Assembly (NCBI GenBank): GCA_965205425.1
Contig: CBDBGZ010000003.1
Location: 1-43,012 of the forward strand
DNA length: 43,012 nt
Origin: Nitrosopumilus sp.
GTDB taxonomy: Archaea > Thermoproteota > Nitrososphaeria > Nitrososphaerales > Nitrosopumilaceae
Direction of reading: 5' to 3'
In this document: positions 16,891-26,613 of the stretch, piece after piece
How positions within the stretch are numbered: position 1 is the stretch's first letter
How the letters are laid out: every line of letters begins with the position of its first letter
The notes under the pieces: generated by a model
The model's database searches: none
Seen by the model: only the letters and a program-made list of their open reading frames with translations
Told to the model about the DNA's origin: nothing
Made by a program: the position numbers and the translations under genes

Positions 16891-18668
16891 TAACCGTATA
16901 CTGGTTCTAGTTCTCTTTGAATTCTAACTATATCATTGAATATTTCTTGTTCTTCAGGACTAAGTTTATGCATGAATTTTTTTAGAATTTGCTTTGCCTC
17001 ATGTGATGGTGGGAATGTATAGTACACTTCTTCTTCAAAGATTTGTCTGCCAATGGTTACATCTTTTACAGAACATGCTACTTCATCTCCAGTTTTTGCA
17101 GTAGATACAGTTTTTTTGTCAAGTTGAAGTTGGTGAACATATCCTACTTTACGTCCAGCCATATTCATAAATGGAATTTTATGTTTTAGATTTCCAACAT
17201 CTACATGTACACCAAACACTGCAGGATTATTATTTCTAAATACCATTCCTTTCATGAATGTGAATTTAGAAATTGGTGTCAACTCTGCAAACATTGCATC
17301 TTCTTCATTTGCAGAATCTTCTTCTACCCAAGCGTTGTAGTTGTCAATTAAACTGTAAATTACTTTGTCTTCAAATAATTTTATGTGACTTGTTTCGGAT
17401 TCCTCTTTTGCATCAGGTAAAACTTTGACATTAAAAGCCAAAACAATTCCTAAATGTCGATCTTTTTCTTTGATAGCTTTTGATTCAATTACATCACGTC
17501 TAGTTACAGGACCAATGTCTGCTTTTGCAACAGGAACTTGTGAGCGTTTAAGCATCTCAACTATTGCCTCAAGTGAGCCTATAGTATCACATTTTAAAAT
17601 AACCCCATTAGTCTCAGTATCAATAAACACAGATTTCATTTCAGACTCGATGAGTTTGGTGTATTTGGCAATCTCCTCATCATTTGATGCAACATAAAGA
17701 GTACTTCCGGGAAGGACGCCTTCAAGGTCAGGTGATGCAATTTTCAGACCAGCTGCTGCTTCTACTTGAGGAACCGGTTTGAATTTATCACGAGGATCAC
17801 GCATTTCATCAAGAGGTTTTGGTAAGAGTAAGGCCTTAGGTTTTGTTACTATAACTGAATCTCGTTTTGCAACAACGATACTATTTTCTTTTTTGATTAT
17901 ACCATCAATCAAGATAACATTTGCAGTTTGGCCCAATCCAACCTCATCTTTTACTTCAAGTACAATACCACGAGGTTCTTTTTCCACTTGATCTAGTCTT
18001 TTTTGGAGATATTGTTGTGTCAAACCTACCAAAACACTGAGTAATTCAGGAATTCCAACCCCAGAACGTGCTGAAATTGGAACGATGGCAATTTCAGATT
18101 TGAAATCTTCTATACGATAAAATGCTTCAGATTTGTAACCTAGAATAGATAAAGTCCCTACAACATCATAGACTTTCTGATCTAGATCAGTCTGAATTGA
18201 TGTATCTTGCTCTTTAATTGCTTGTGAAATAAATTTTGTATCAGATTTTCTCCATCCAGAGATTTGATCACATTTGTTTAGTGCAACAACAAAGGGAACT
18301 TTTCTGCTTTGTAAAATTTTCAAGCTTTCATTTGTTTGAGGTTGAAATCCTCGATTAACATCAACTACAAGTATTGCAATATCAGCTGCAGAGCCACCTC
18401 TAGAACGAAGATTTGTAAAAACTTCGTGTCCTGGTGTATCAATAACTAAAAGTCCAGGAACTTTATTTTCTGCTTGCTCTAGTTTTTTGTATAGTGGACC
18501 ACACATTTCTTTGATTGTTTCAGTTGGAAGAAAACTTGCACCAATATGTTGAGTAATTCCACCTGCTTCTCTGCCTTGAACACCTGTTCCACGAATTCTA
18601 TCTAAGAGAGATGTTTTTCCAGAGTCTACGTGACCAAGAACTGCCACTATGGGCTGACGAATTTGCAA
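16887..18668 (-). CDS. infB: Translation initiation factor IF-2 (aIF5B)
   Basis: RQPIVAVLGHVDSGKT, GGITQHIGA, DTPGH and NKCD motifs. Confidence 0.98.
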   Translation of the reverse strand: MQIRQPIVAVLGHVDSGKTSLLDRIRGTGVQGREAGGITQHIGASFLPTETIKEMCGPLYKKLEQAENKVPGLLVIDTPGHEVFTNLRSRGGSAADIAILVVDVNRGFQPQTNESLKILQSRKVPFVVALNKCDQISGWRKSDTKFISQAIKEQDTSIQTDLDQKVYDVVGTLSILGYKSEAFYRIEDFKSEIAIVPISARSGVGIPELLSVLVGLTQQYLQKRLDQVEKEPRGIVLEVKDEVGLGQTANVILIDGIIKKENSIVVAKRDSVIVTKPKALLLPKPLDEMRDPRDKFKPVPQVEAAAGLKIASPDLEGVLPGSTLYVASNDEEIAKYTKLIESEMKSVFIDTETNGVILKCDTIGSLEAIVEMLKRSQVPVAKADIGPVTRRDVIESKAIKEKDRHLGIVLAFNVKVLPDAKEESETSHIKLFEDKVIYSLIDNYNAWVEEDSANEEDAMFAELTPISKFTFMKGMVFRNNNPAVFGVHVDVGNLKHKIPFMNMAGRKVGYVHQLQLDKKTVSTAKTGDEVACSVKDVTIGRQIFEEEVYYTFPPSHEAKQILKKFMHKLSPEEQEIFNDIVRIQRELEPVYGY

Positions 18669-18674
18669 ATCAGA

Positions 18675-19076
18675 TCACTCAAATGCTACCCTCGATTCGT
18701 GATCAAAACTTTCTTGGGAATCTGATGCATGAATAATATTTTCACTAAATCCTAATCCAAAGTCTCCTCTAATAGAACCAGGATCTGCTTCAAATGATTT
18801 TGTTGCACCAATCATTATTCGAGTAGTTGCAATGGCATTATTTCCTTCAATGATAGCAGCAACTACAGGTCCTGATGTGATAAAGGATGTTAATTCACCA
18901 AAGAATGGTTTGTCTTTGTGAACGCCGTAAAAATTTTCTGCTTGAGCTTGAGTAAATGTAAACATCTTTAGTTTCAAAAGTTTGAATCCTTTTCTTTCAA
19001 ATCTTGATACAACTTCACCAACTAGATTTCTAGCTACGGCATCAGGCTTTACAATGAATAAGGATTGTTCAGTCAA
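18675..19076 (-). CDS. ndk: Nucleoside diphosphate kinase
   Basis: VKPDAV, PGSIRGDFG and NIIHASDS motifs. Confidence 0.98.
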   Translation of the reverse strand: MTEQSLFIVKPDAVARNLVGEVVSRFERKGFKLLKLKMFTFTQAQAENFYGVHKDKPFFGELTSFITSGPVVAAIIEGNNAIATTRIMIGATKSFEADPGSIRGDFGLGFSENIIHASDSQESFDHESRVAFE

Positions 19077-19078
19077 TT

Positions 19079-19279
19079 CTACTTCTTTCTAATTCCGCCT
19101 TTAACGTATTTTTTTGTCCACTTTAGTTTTCTTGGATCACGTTTTAGGACTAGTGTATTCTTTTTACATTTTGCAGAACAGAACCATAGAACTGTTCCAT
19201 CATTTTTTGCAAGCATAGTACCAGAACCTTTGGCTACTGGTCTATCACAGAAATTACATGGTTTAACTAAAAGACTCAT
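19079..19279 (-). CDS. rpl24e: 50S ribosomal protein L24e
   Basis: CNFC...FCSAKC...RDPRKLKWT; conserved operon position. Confidence 0.97.
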   Translation of the reverse strand: MSLLVKPCNFCDRPVAKGSGTMLAKNDGTVLWFCSAKCKKNTLVLKRDPRKLKWTKKYVKGGIRKK

Positions 19280-19287
19280 CTAAACAC

Positions 19288-19500
19288 CTATTTGATTTTC
19301 TTTGCTTCTCTCTCAGTTTCTCTTAGCATTAGAATTTCTCCCATTCTAACAGAACCTTTGACGTTTCTTGTAAGAATTCTACCTTTATCCTTACCAGTAA
19401 GAACTTTAACTCTAACTTGAATTACTTCACCAGCAATGCCGGTTCTACCAACAATTTGAATAATTTCAGATTGAACTACTTCTTCAGCATTTTGACTCAT
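19288..19500 (-). CDS. rps28e: 30S ribosomal protein S28e
   Basis: [14 protein letters not shown]...RNVKG...ETEREA. Confidence 0.97.
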   Translation of the reverse strand: MSQNAEEVVQSEIIQIVGRTGIAGEVIQVRVKVLTGKDKGRILTRNVKGSVRMGEILMLRETEREAKKIK

Positions 19501-19883
19501 TCTTCAGTCTTACCGCCTTTAATTTTAGCTATGGATGATACAACTTGGTCTACAATGTGTTGTGCATCACCTGCATCCAAAATTGCTGCAGCGGCAGAAG
19601 TAATATCAATACCTAATGATTTGCCTAATTCCTCTTTGTTTGGAACAAATGCATATGCTGCACCTTGTTCTTCACATAGAATTGGAAGATGGGCTACTAC
19701 CTCTGGTGGTTCAACATCTTCAGCGATTACAATTAGTTTACTAGTACCACGTTCAATTGCCTTTGTTGCTTCGTTAGTTCCTTTCTTGACTTTACCGCTA
19801 GTTGATGCTACTCTAACAGCCTCTAAGATTGGATTAACAAGGTCCTCTGGCGTCTCAAATTTAACATAATATGCTTTTCCCAT
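19497..19883 (-). CDS. rpl7ae: 50S ribosomal protein L7Ae
   Basis: [14 protein letters not shown] and [15 protein letters not shown] motifs. Confidence 0.98.
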   Translation of the reverse strand: MGKAYYVKFETPEDLVNPILEAVRVASTSGKVKKGTNEATKAIERGTSKLIVIAEDVEPPEVVAHLPILCEEQGAAYAFVPNKEELGKSLGIDITSAAAAILDAGDAQHIVDQVVSSIAKIKGGKTEE

Positions 19884-19945
19884 ACTTCGTCACCCTAGGG
19901 GTTCATTCTCCATTCTATCCATCGCTGGGTTTGGTTTTAAAAGTG

Positions 19946-21295
19946 TTATCTGGAAATAATAGAGCTGACTTTTTCTAGATATTGAGACATCAAAGTATCT
20001 AATTTCTCCTGACTTTCTGCTTCTGCATATACTCTAACAATTGGTTCAGTTCCACTTGGTCTAATCATCACCCAATTTTTGGGATCAATTGAAATTTTGA
20101 TTCCATCTGAAGTATCAGCATTAGGGAATTCTTCTTTTAGAGAAGAAATCAATTCAGGTACCTTATCAGCAGAACATGGCACTTTGTCCTTAGTAGTAAA
20201 AGAAGGAGATAAATTATCAATCTCATCGGTAAGAGATTTTCCAGAAGTTGCTAACAAGTCAAGCATTAATGCCAAAGTCATACAACCATCTCTTACTTGG
20301 TTGTGTTTTCCATACATGTAACCACCATTTTCTTCAAATCCAATTAGTGCATCAGTTGGAACCATTTTTCTAGAAACTTCAACACTCCCAACTTTAGTTC
20401 TAATTACTTTAGAATTGAATTTCTCAGCCACAACTTCAATGTTTGAACCAGAATTCAAACAAGTTACAACTAAAGAGTTTGGATTTTTCTTTAGAATATG
20501 TTGTGTAAGAACTAGCGCAGACTTATCACCAGTTAAGATATCACCATTGTTATCACAAAAAATACTTCGATCACCATCCCCATCAAAAGCAATTCCAACA
20601 TCAGCATTGTTTTCCCTTACAGTTTGTGAAAGTTCTGAAAGATTTTGTGGGGTTGGCTCTGAACCACGTCCTGGAAAGGTACCATCAATATTTGGATTTA
20701 CAAGATATGTTTTACATCCAAGTAGTTCACAAAAGTTAGGTGCAGATAATGCTTGTGCACCATTGCCTAAATCTAAAACAACTTTGAAATGTTTTGATTC
20801 TATTAGTTTAGAATCAATATGTGAAACTATTCCTTTCAGATATGTTTCAATTGCTTTGTTTTCTGAACCAGTTATACCCCACAAAGTAGGTTTTCCCAAC
20901 CAATTTTTTTCCAAGTAAATATCCTCAATAATTAATTCATCTTCACGTAAAATCTCTACTCCGTCACTTGCACATGGTTTGATTCCATTGTATTGAGAGG
21001 GATTATGAGATGCTGTGATCATTATTCCACCAGAATATCCAAGACTCTTTACTGCAAATTCAAGACAAGGAGTAGGGACAATTCCTGCAACATTACAATC
21101 AATTCCAATAGAATTAAGCGCAGAACTTATGACTTTACAAATAACAGGACTTGATTCTCGTCCGTCATATCCAATCAATATAGGTCCTTTTTCAAAATAA
21201 GTTCCAATTGCAAGTGTCATATCATGAACAAATTCTAACGTGAAATCTTCAGAGAAAACTCCACGAATACCATTTGTTCCAAAAAATTTTGCCAC
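19946..21295 (-). CDS. glmM: Phosphoglucosamine mutase / phosphomannomutase family
   Basis: FGTNGIRG, TASHNP, DGDGDR and RPSGTEP motifs; probable GTG start at 21295. Substrate specificity cannot be fixed from sequence. Confidence 0.85.
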   Translation of the reverse strand: MAKFFGTNGIRGVFSEDFTLEFVHDMTLAIGTYFEKGPILIGYDGRESSPVICKVISSALNSIGIDCNVAGIVPTPCLEFAVKSLGYSGGIMITASHNPSQYNGIKPCASDGVEILREDELIIEDIYLEKNWLGKPTLWGITGSENKAIETYLKGIVSHIDSKLIESKHFKVVLDLGNGAQALSAPNFCELLGCKTYLVNPNIDGTFPGRGSEPTPQNLSELSQTVRENNADVGIAFDGDGDRSIFCDNNGDILTGDKSALVLTQHILKKNPNSLVVTCLNSGSNIEVVAEKFNSKVIRTKVGSVEVSRKMVPTDALIGFEENGGYMYGKHNQVRDGCMTLALMLDLLATSGKSLTDEIDNLSPSFTTKDKVPCSADKVPELISSLKEEFPNADTSDGIKISIDPKNWVMIRPSGTEPIVRVYAEAESQEKLDTLMSQYLEKVSSIISR

Positions 21296-21342
21296 AATAC
21301 ACTGCAATAATAGATAAATTTGTGTTTAATGGCAAATCCGTT

Positions 21343-21430
21343 GCGGGAGTCGCCCAGCCTGGTCAAAGGCGTAGGGCTTAGGACCCTATATCTTAGGATT
21401 TCGTGGGTTCAAATCCCATCTCCCGCACCA
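21343..21430 (+). tRNA. tRNA-Leu(TAG), CCA encoded
   Basis: GCGGGAG/CTCCCGC acceptor stem, TAGGG-CTTAGGA-CCCTA anticodon arm, long variable arm, GGTTCAAATCC. Confidence 0.96.
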
Positions 21431-21482
21431 TTTTGATTTCTGTGAATGATTAATAATGAGAAAATCTTCAGCAAACAAAGTC

Positions 21483-22325
21483 ATGAAAAAGACAGTAGTA
21501 GGAATTACAGTAGTAGGTAAAGACAGAGAAGGAATTGTAGCTACATTTACTAATTTTGCATTTTCTAAAGGTGGAAACATTGAGAAAGTGAATCAGAATG
21601 TAATCAAAGGTCTTTTTGGTATGTATCTAGAAGTATCTTTTTCAAAAACAGTTGATGTCAAAAAATTTGATTCAAACATTCAAAGTCTTGCTAAGAAAGA
21701 AAAAATGGATGTCAGTACACATCATGAAACTAATTCTCAAAAAAATATTGCAGTACTAGTTACTAAAGAACCACTTTGTCTTCAAACAATTCTTGCAAAT
21801 TCAAAGTCACTTAAAGGAAAAATCTCAGTAATTATTGGTACAGAAAAATCGTTGGAACCATTAGCAAAGAAAGCAAAAATTCCATTTGTAGCAGTAGAAG
21901 ACAAAATTCAAACAAATGCAGAAGAAAAAATTATTCAAATATGTAAAAAATATCATATTGATTTAATTTCTCTAGCAAGATACATGCGAATTCTTAGTCC
22001 TAACTTTGTGTGGAGATATCCAAATAGAATAATTAACATTCATCCTTCATTGTTACCAGCTTTCCCAGGAGCTTTAGCATATGCACAAGCTTATGAGAGA
22101 GGTACAAAAATTGTTGGTGTCACATCCCACTATGTAACAGAAAACTTGGATCAAGGACCAATAATTTTCCAAGACTCTTTCAAAGTAGATCCAAATGACA
22201 CATTAGAGAAAATAAAAACAAAAGGACAAAAACTAGAGGCAGATACATTGGTAAAAGCAATGAAAATGCATTTAGAAAATAAACTCGAAGTTCGTTGGAG
22301 AAAGGTTCACATCAAATCTAAGTGA
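21483..22325 (+). CDS. purU: Formyltetrahydrofolate deformylase
   Basis: N-terminal ACT domain; LARYMRILS, INIHPSLLPAF and LDQGPII motifs. ORF is open from 21456; ATG 21483 is the likely start. Confidence 0.9.
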   Translation: MKKTVVGITVVGKDREGIVATFTNFAFSKGGNIEKVNQNVIKGLFGMYLEVSFSKTVDVKKFDSNIQSLAKKEKMDVSTHHETNSQKNIAVLVTKEPLCLQTILANSKSLKGKISVIIGTEKSLEPLAKKAKIPFVAVEDKIQTNAEEKIIQICKKYHIDLISLARYMRILSPNFVWRYPNRIINIHPSLLPAFPGALAYAQAYERGTKIVGVTSHYVTENLDQGPIIFQDSFKVDPNDTLEKIKTKGQKLEADTLVKAMKMHLENKLEVRWRKVHIKSK

Positions 22326-22330
22326 ATTAA

Positions 22331-23053
22331 ATGACAGAAATCAAAAATCAGTTTGATCCAATTCTAAGAAAATCAATCATAAAGAAAAATCAAATTGCAA
22401 TTATTCCTGTAGGCTCAATAGAACAGCACGGACCACATTTACCAGTATCAACTGATTCAGATATCGTTACTGAGGTTGCAAGAAAAATCTCAGAAAAAAA
22501 AGGATATCTTTTGCTTCCTACACTCAATTACGGAGTTTCATTTGAGCATGCACCATTTTTTAATTTGAGCATCAGAGAATCAACTTTACGTACAGTTCTA
22601 ACTGATTTGTGTACATCATTACTATCAAACAACATCAAAACAGTTTTCATAATTAATGGTCACCATGGAAATCTAAAACCAATAAAGAATCTAGATGTGA
22701 AACTCAAGAAAATCTCAAAGAACAAGCTCAAAGTATTCCCATTATCATATTGGCATTTCATGGATAGAGAGTTTGATCATGCAGGATTTGTTGAAACATC
22801 CCTAATGCTGGCAATTTCAAAAAATGTTAAAATGAAATTAGCAAAAAGAGGACTCATTACTGATGAAATGACAAAGAAAGAAATTGCAAAGATAGGAAAA
22901 TTAGCAAACCAATCATTTCCCAAAGCCACCAAAAATGGAATTTGGGGAGATCCTAGAAAAGCTACAAAGAAAAAAGGACAGATGATTTTAGCTGAAATTG
23001 TTGAAAACCTTGGAAAAAAGTGTCAAACTTGCCTTACTGGGCATAGCTCATAG
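22331..23053 (+). CDS. Creatininase family amidohydrolase (ArfB-like)
   Basis: PVGSIEQHGPHLP, NGHHGN and HAGFVETS motifs. Confidence 0.9.
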   Translation: MTEIKNQFDPILRKSIIKKNQIAIIPVGSIEQHGPHLPVSTDSDIVTEVARKISEKKGYLLLPTLNYGVSFEHAPFFNLSIRESTLRTVLTDLCTSLLSNNIKTVFIINGHHGNLKPIKNLDVKLKKISKNKLKVFPLSYWHFMDREFDHAGFVETSLMLAISKNVKMKLAKRGLITDEMTKKEIAKIGKLANQSFPKATKNGIWGDPRKATKKKGQMILAEIVENLGKKCQTCLTGHSS

Positions 23054-23108
23054 TTTCACCAATGGAAATTTAATATAACGCCTCAATATCCAAGTCAATA
23101 AGTGATTA

Positions 23109-23348
23109 TTGATGTCCGTTGATATGGCAGTAAAAGTATTGGATGAGAGTATCAGTCAAGTAGTATTGATAAAACTCAAAGGAAACAAGACCATTAGAGG
23201 TACTCTTTTAGGTTTTGACCAACACATGAACCTGCTACTCGATTCTTCAGAGGAAATTCCTGCTGAAGGCGATTCAAAAAGCCTCGGTAGCATTGTGGTT
23301 AGAGGAGACAATGTCGTAATGATATCTCCTCCACCGGCACAAAATTAG
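23109..23348 (+). CDS. lsm: LSm (SmAP) RNA-binding protein
   Basis: [14 protein letters not shown] and RGDNV motifs; upstream of rpl37e. Confidence 0.95.
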   Translation: MMSVDMAVKVLDESISQVVLIKLKGNKTIRGTLLGFDQHMNLLLDSSEEIPAEGDSKSLGSIVVRGDNVVMISPPPAQN

Positions 23349-23358
23349 GTGATTTGCA

Positions 23359-23526
23359 ATGACTAAAGGCACAACTTCTATGGGTGGTTTTACAAAGAAG
23401 AAAGTTCACATCAGATGTAGACGATGTGGTAAGAACTCACTTCACAAACGTCATCACCAATGTGCAAGTTGTGGATTCCCAGAGGCTAAACGCAGAAAGT
23501 ATTCCTGGATTAAATGGTATACATAG
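23359..23526 (+). CDS. rpl37e: 50S ribosomal protein L37e (55 aa, not in the ORF track)
   Basis: Hand-translated [10 protein letters not shown]...[13 protein letters not shown]...CASCGFP...RKYSW. Confidence 0.97.
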   Translation: MTKGTTSMGGFTKKKVHIRCRRCGKNSLHKRHHQCASCGFPEAKRRKYSWIKWYT

Positions 23527-24483
23527 ATGCAAGAGATTGTTCTTATTCTTAGCTCATTAGCAGGTGTTGCTACAGCCGCTGCTGTACGTAAAATGCCCAG
23601 AGACAAAAATCAATTACTTAGTCTTGGTGCAAGTTCACATATCAAAAGTCAAGTTAATTCATTAAAAATTGAAAAAGACATTCTTACTAAAACTATTTCA
23701 AGATTATATCAAGCAGAATCAGAGTTTTCTAAAATTCAAAAAGACAAATTATTGTTAAAGTATCAACATCAACTAGGAATCGTTCTAGCAAAGTTAGAAA
23801 AACTTGAACAAGCAAGTAACCATCCAGACTTGGGCCCAGTTGGAGATGGTTTGATCACATTAATGGATCAGAAATTATCCAAACTAGATGATAGATTGTA
23901 TGAACTATCATCAAAGATGTCAAGTGCTAAAGTTGAAACACCAAAAATAAAAGATCCTAAAGTAAAACAAGAATCAAAACAAACATTATCCAAGCCATTT
24001 AGTTTTGACAAACCAAAAGAAAGTAAAATGGATCCAATTGAAATTCCTCCAACAAAATCAAGACAATCATTTGAATTAACAACTCTTACAAACATTTCAC
24101 GAAAGGAACCAAAATTCCCATTATTTGAAGAAGCAAAACAAGTTACAAAACCAATGCCACAACCAAGAGTAGTTCCAACAGTTGAACCACCAGTGGTTAA
24201 ACCAAAAGAAAAGATTGTTCAAGAAATCATTCAACCAAAACCAAAGGTTGAGGATAAAATCGAGATTATCCAATCAGTTACTCCTGAACCTACTATAGAA
24301 TCAAAACCTGACATTGAGAAAGAAGTAGCAAAAATTACTGAACATAAAGCACTTCCAGAACCAATTAAAGAAAAACTAGTTACACTAGATGATGACTTTG
24401 ATGATGATGCCGATGATTTAGATAAAATCAAAGGTGATATCATGAAAGTATTATCAAAGCTTGATCAAGCAGAGGTAGAATAA
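23527..24483 (+). CDS. Hypothetical membrane-anchored coiled-coil protein with Pro/Lys/Glu-rich linker
   Basis: N-terminal hydrophobic stretch, heptads, acidic C-terminal helix; abuts both neighbours. Confidence 0.85.
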   Translation: MQEIVLILSSLAGVATAAAVRKMPRDKNQLLSLGASSHIKSQVNSLKIEKDILTKTISRLYQAESEFSKIQKDKLLLKYQHQLGIVLAKLEKLEQASNHPDLGPVGDGLITLMDQKLSKLDDRLYELSSKMSSAKVETPKIKDPKVKQESKQTLSKPFSFDKPKESKMDPIEIPPTKSRQSFELTTLTNISRKEPKFPLFEEAKQVTKPMPQPRVVPTVEPPVVKPKEKIVQEIIQPKPKVEDKIEIIQSVTPEPTIESKPDIEKEVAKITEHKALPEPIKEKLVTLDDDFDDDADDLDKIKGDIMKVLSKLDQAEVE

Positions 24484-25158
24484 TTGACATATGATGATGC
24501 CATCAAGGCATTATCAAGTGATGCTTTAAAATTTGTAAAAGATGATTATGTTATTGGATTAGGTAGTGGTAGAGCAGCTACTGCGCTTGTAAAATCACTT
24601 GCAAAATTAATCAAACTGAAAAATTATAATATTTTAGGAGTTCCAACGTCATTACAAATTAAATTAATTGCAGAAAAAGGTGGCATACATCTAGTAGAAG
24701 CTGATCAAGTAGAACATATCGATGTGGTGTTTGATGGTGCAGACCAAATTGATTCACAAAAATATGTAATCAAAGGAGGTGGTGGAGCTTTACTTAGAGA
24801 AAATATTTTGTTTAGTCTTGCAAAAAAAGTTGTAGTTATGGCAGACAAGACAAAGTTTGTAAAAAATTTCACAAGAACAGTTCCAGTGGAAATTCATCCA
24901 CTTGCAAGAAATTCAGTTGTTAAATCAATAAAAAAACTAGGAGGAGATGCACAAATTCGCTCACTTGATAGAGGATATCCATTCTTTACAGAAAATGGAA
25001 ATATAATTTTGGACTGTGATTTTGGAACAATAAGAAATCCTAAAGCATTAACTCAAAAAATTAAACAAACTACAGGCGTACTAGAATCAGGCATATTCTT
25101 GAGAAAGCCAGATGTAATTTATCGAGCAAAAACAGGCGGCAAATTCGACATTATTTAG
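24484..25158 (+). CDS. rpiA: Ribose-5-phosphate isomerase A
   Basis: IGLGSG, DGADQ, IKGGGGALLRE and TENGN motifs. Confidence 0.96.
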   Translation: MTYDDAIKALSSDALKFVKDDYVIGLGSGRAATALVKSLAKLIKLKNYNILGVPTSLQIKLIAEKGGIHLVEADQVEHIDVVFDGADQIDSQKYVIKGGGGALLRENILFSLAKKVVVMADKTKFVKNFTRTVPVEIHPLARNSVVKSIKKLGGDAQIRSLDRGYPFFTENGNIILDCDFGTIRNPKALTQKIKQTTGVLESGIFLRKPDVIYRAKTGGKFDII

Positions 25159-25181
25159 AATTTTTCATAAATTCTTTTATT

Positions 25182-26180
25182 ATGATAGTATTAACTATCT
25201 GTGTGCGTATTACTTGGATATTATTCATATTTTTTGTATTATCAATAGTAATTCATTCAGAGAATGCATATGCAGTAGAAAAACCTCAAAGTGAACTAGA
25301 TGTAATTATACTTCCAGAAACAATTAGTACATTTGCAGGTAAAAAAATAGAAATAACAATTATTGTTACAAATAATCAAAAAATAGATGCAGAAATAGGT
25401 AAACCAGTAATTATTGGAAATATGACAGAAATTAATTTTGTGGAGAAGTTTGAAACAAAAATATTACAATCAAATAGTTCACTTCCAATTTTTGGCACAA
25501 TTCAAATTCCAAATAATACAGCTGTAGGATCATACATTCTAACGACATTAATTGAAGACAAAGAAGGAAATACAGGAATTTCGTGGTTTAATGTATCAAT
25601 AGCAGAAACACCTTCAACAAAACCAGATATAGGTTTGAAACTTGATTCTGTATTACTTTTACTTGCAGCATTTTTAATCCCATCTCAAATTATTGAGAGA
25701 ATCGTAGTTGCCAGAAAATCATTTCATTTAGGAGACAAAGAACATCGTGAAGAACATTTCAACCCAGATGAAAAAATTGCAGTTTTAACAAAAATGAGAG
25801 ACAAACTTGCAGAAAAATTGGGAAGTGCACCTCTAAAAACACCAAATATAATTTTAGAATTTAGACAGAAATTCATACTTGAAAAATTAGAAACGACCAT
25901 AGATGATCATAACAAATATGTGAAAAGACTTAGTGAAGAGGAACAAAAGAAGGAAAAGAAATTTGAAATAACCAAGGAAGAAATAGAAAAAACAATAACA
26001 ATCGAAGATGAGTATGATAAACTTAAAGAATTATTAACAAAGAAAGGTATAGAACAAAATGAAATTGATAAAATAAACGCAATCTATACAGATTTAAAAG
26101 TTACAATACAACAAAATAAGAATTTAATTGAATCATATGCTGAATATGAAAAGAGATCAGATAATGTAAGTAGAGTATAG
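25182..26180 (+). CDS. Hypothetical secreted/membrane protein, probable N-terminal part of a split gene
   Basis: Signal peptide, Ig-like beta region, TM ending SQIIERIV, then coiled coil. Confidence 0.65.
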   Translation: MIVLTICVRITWILFIFFVLSIVIHSENAYAVEKPQSELDVIILPETISTFAGKKIEITIIVTNNQKIDAEIGKPVIIGNMTEINFVEKFETKILQSNSSLPIFGTIQIPNNTAVGSYILTTLIEDKEGNTGISWFNVSIAETPSTKPDIGLKLDSVLLLLAAFLIPSQIIERIVVARKSFHLGDKEHREEHFNPDEKIAVLTKMRDKLAEKLGSAPLKTPNIILEFRQKFILEKLETTIDDHNKYVKRLSEEEQKKEKKFEITKEEIEKTITIEDEYDKLKELLTKKGIEQNEIDKINAIYTDLKVTIQQNKNLIESYAEYEKRSDNVSRV

Positions 26181-26274
26181 CGAAAAGATAAAGTTCGTGA
26201 ACTAAAAATCATCAAAAAACTAGAGATTAGATGATTTTACCTAAGGTAAATACGAATAAACAATCTGAAACACC

Positions 26275-26613
26275 TTGAAAATAGTTCATGAACATATGCT
26301 TCTCGCTATATATGATAAACAATTAGCGGAACATGATGAGCTAATATCAAAAGCACGATCTCTTAAATCCATACATTTAGCAAAACAAGAAGCACTGAAT
26401 TGGGGAATATCATGTGTGATTGCAATGATTCCAGGAATAATATTATCATCTATAGAAATTGGATTATTGCAAGTTTTAGGAGTAACCAGTGATTCATTTA
26501 CGTTAGACTTGTTTTGGACAGATGCAATAATTAGTGCATTATTCATTGGTAGTGGAACAAAACCAATACATGAAATTATTGAAGGCATCAGAAAAGTTAG
26601 AACAGGTAAATAA
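26275..26613 (+). CDS. Hypothetical membrane protein, probable C-terminal part of a split gene
   Basis: TM segments ending ISALFIGSGTKPIHEII. Confidence 0.6.
   Translation: MKIVHEHMLLAIYDKQLAEHDELISKARSLKSIHLAKQEALNWGISCVIAMIPGIILSSIEIGLLQVLGVTSDSFTLDLFWTDAIISALFIGSGTKPIHEIIEGIRKVRTGK

Noticed and set aside
19417..20918. Long antisense ORFs opposite rpl7ae and glmM (and similar ones elsewhere)
   Set aside because: Shadow frames of well-supported genes with no recognisable motifs.
21386..21580. Minus-strand ORFs over the tRNAs (also 28007..28240)
   Set aside because: Antisense to tRNA genes and adjacent CDSs.
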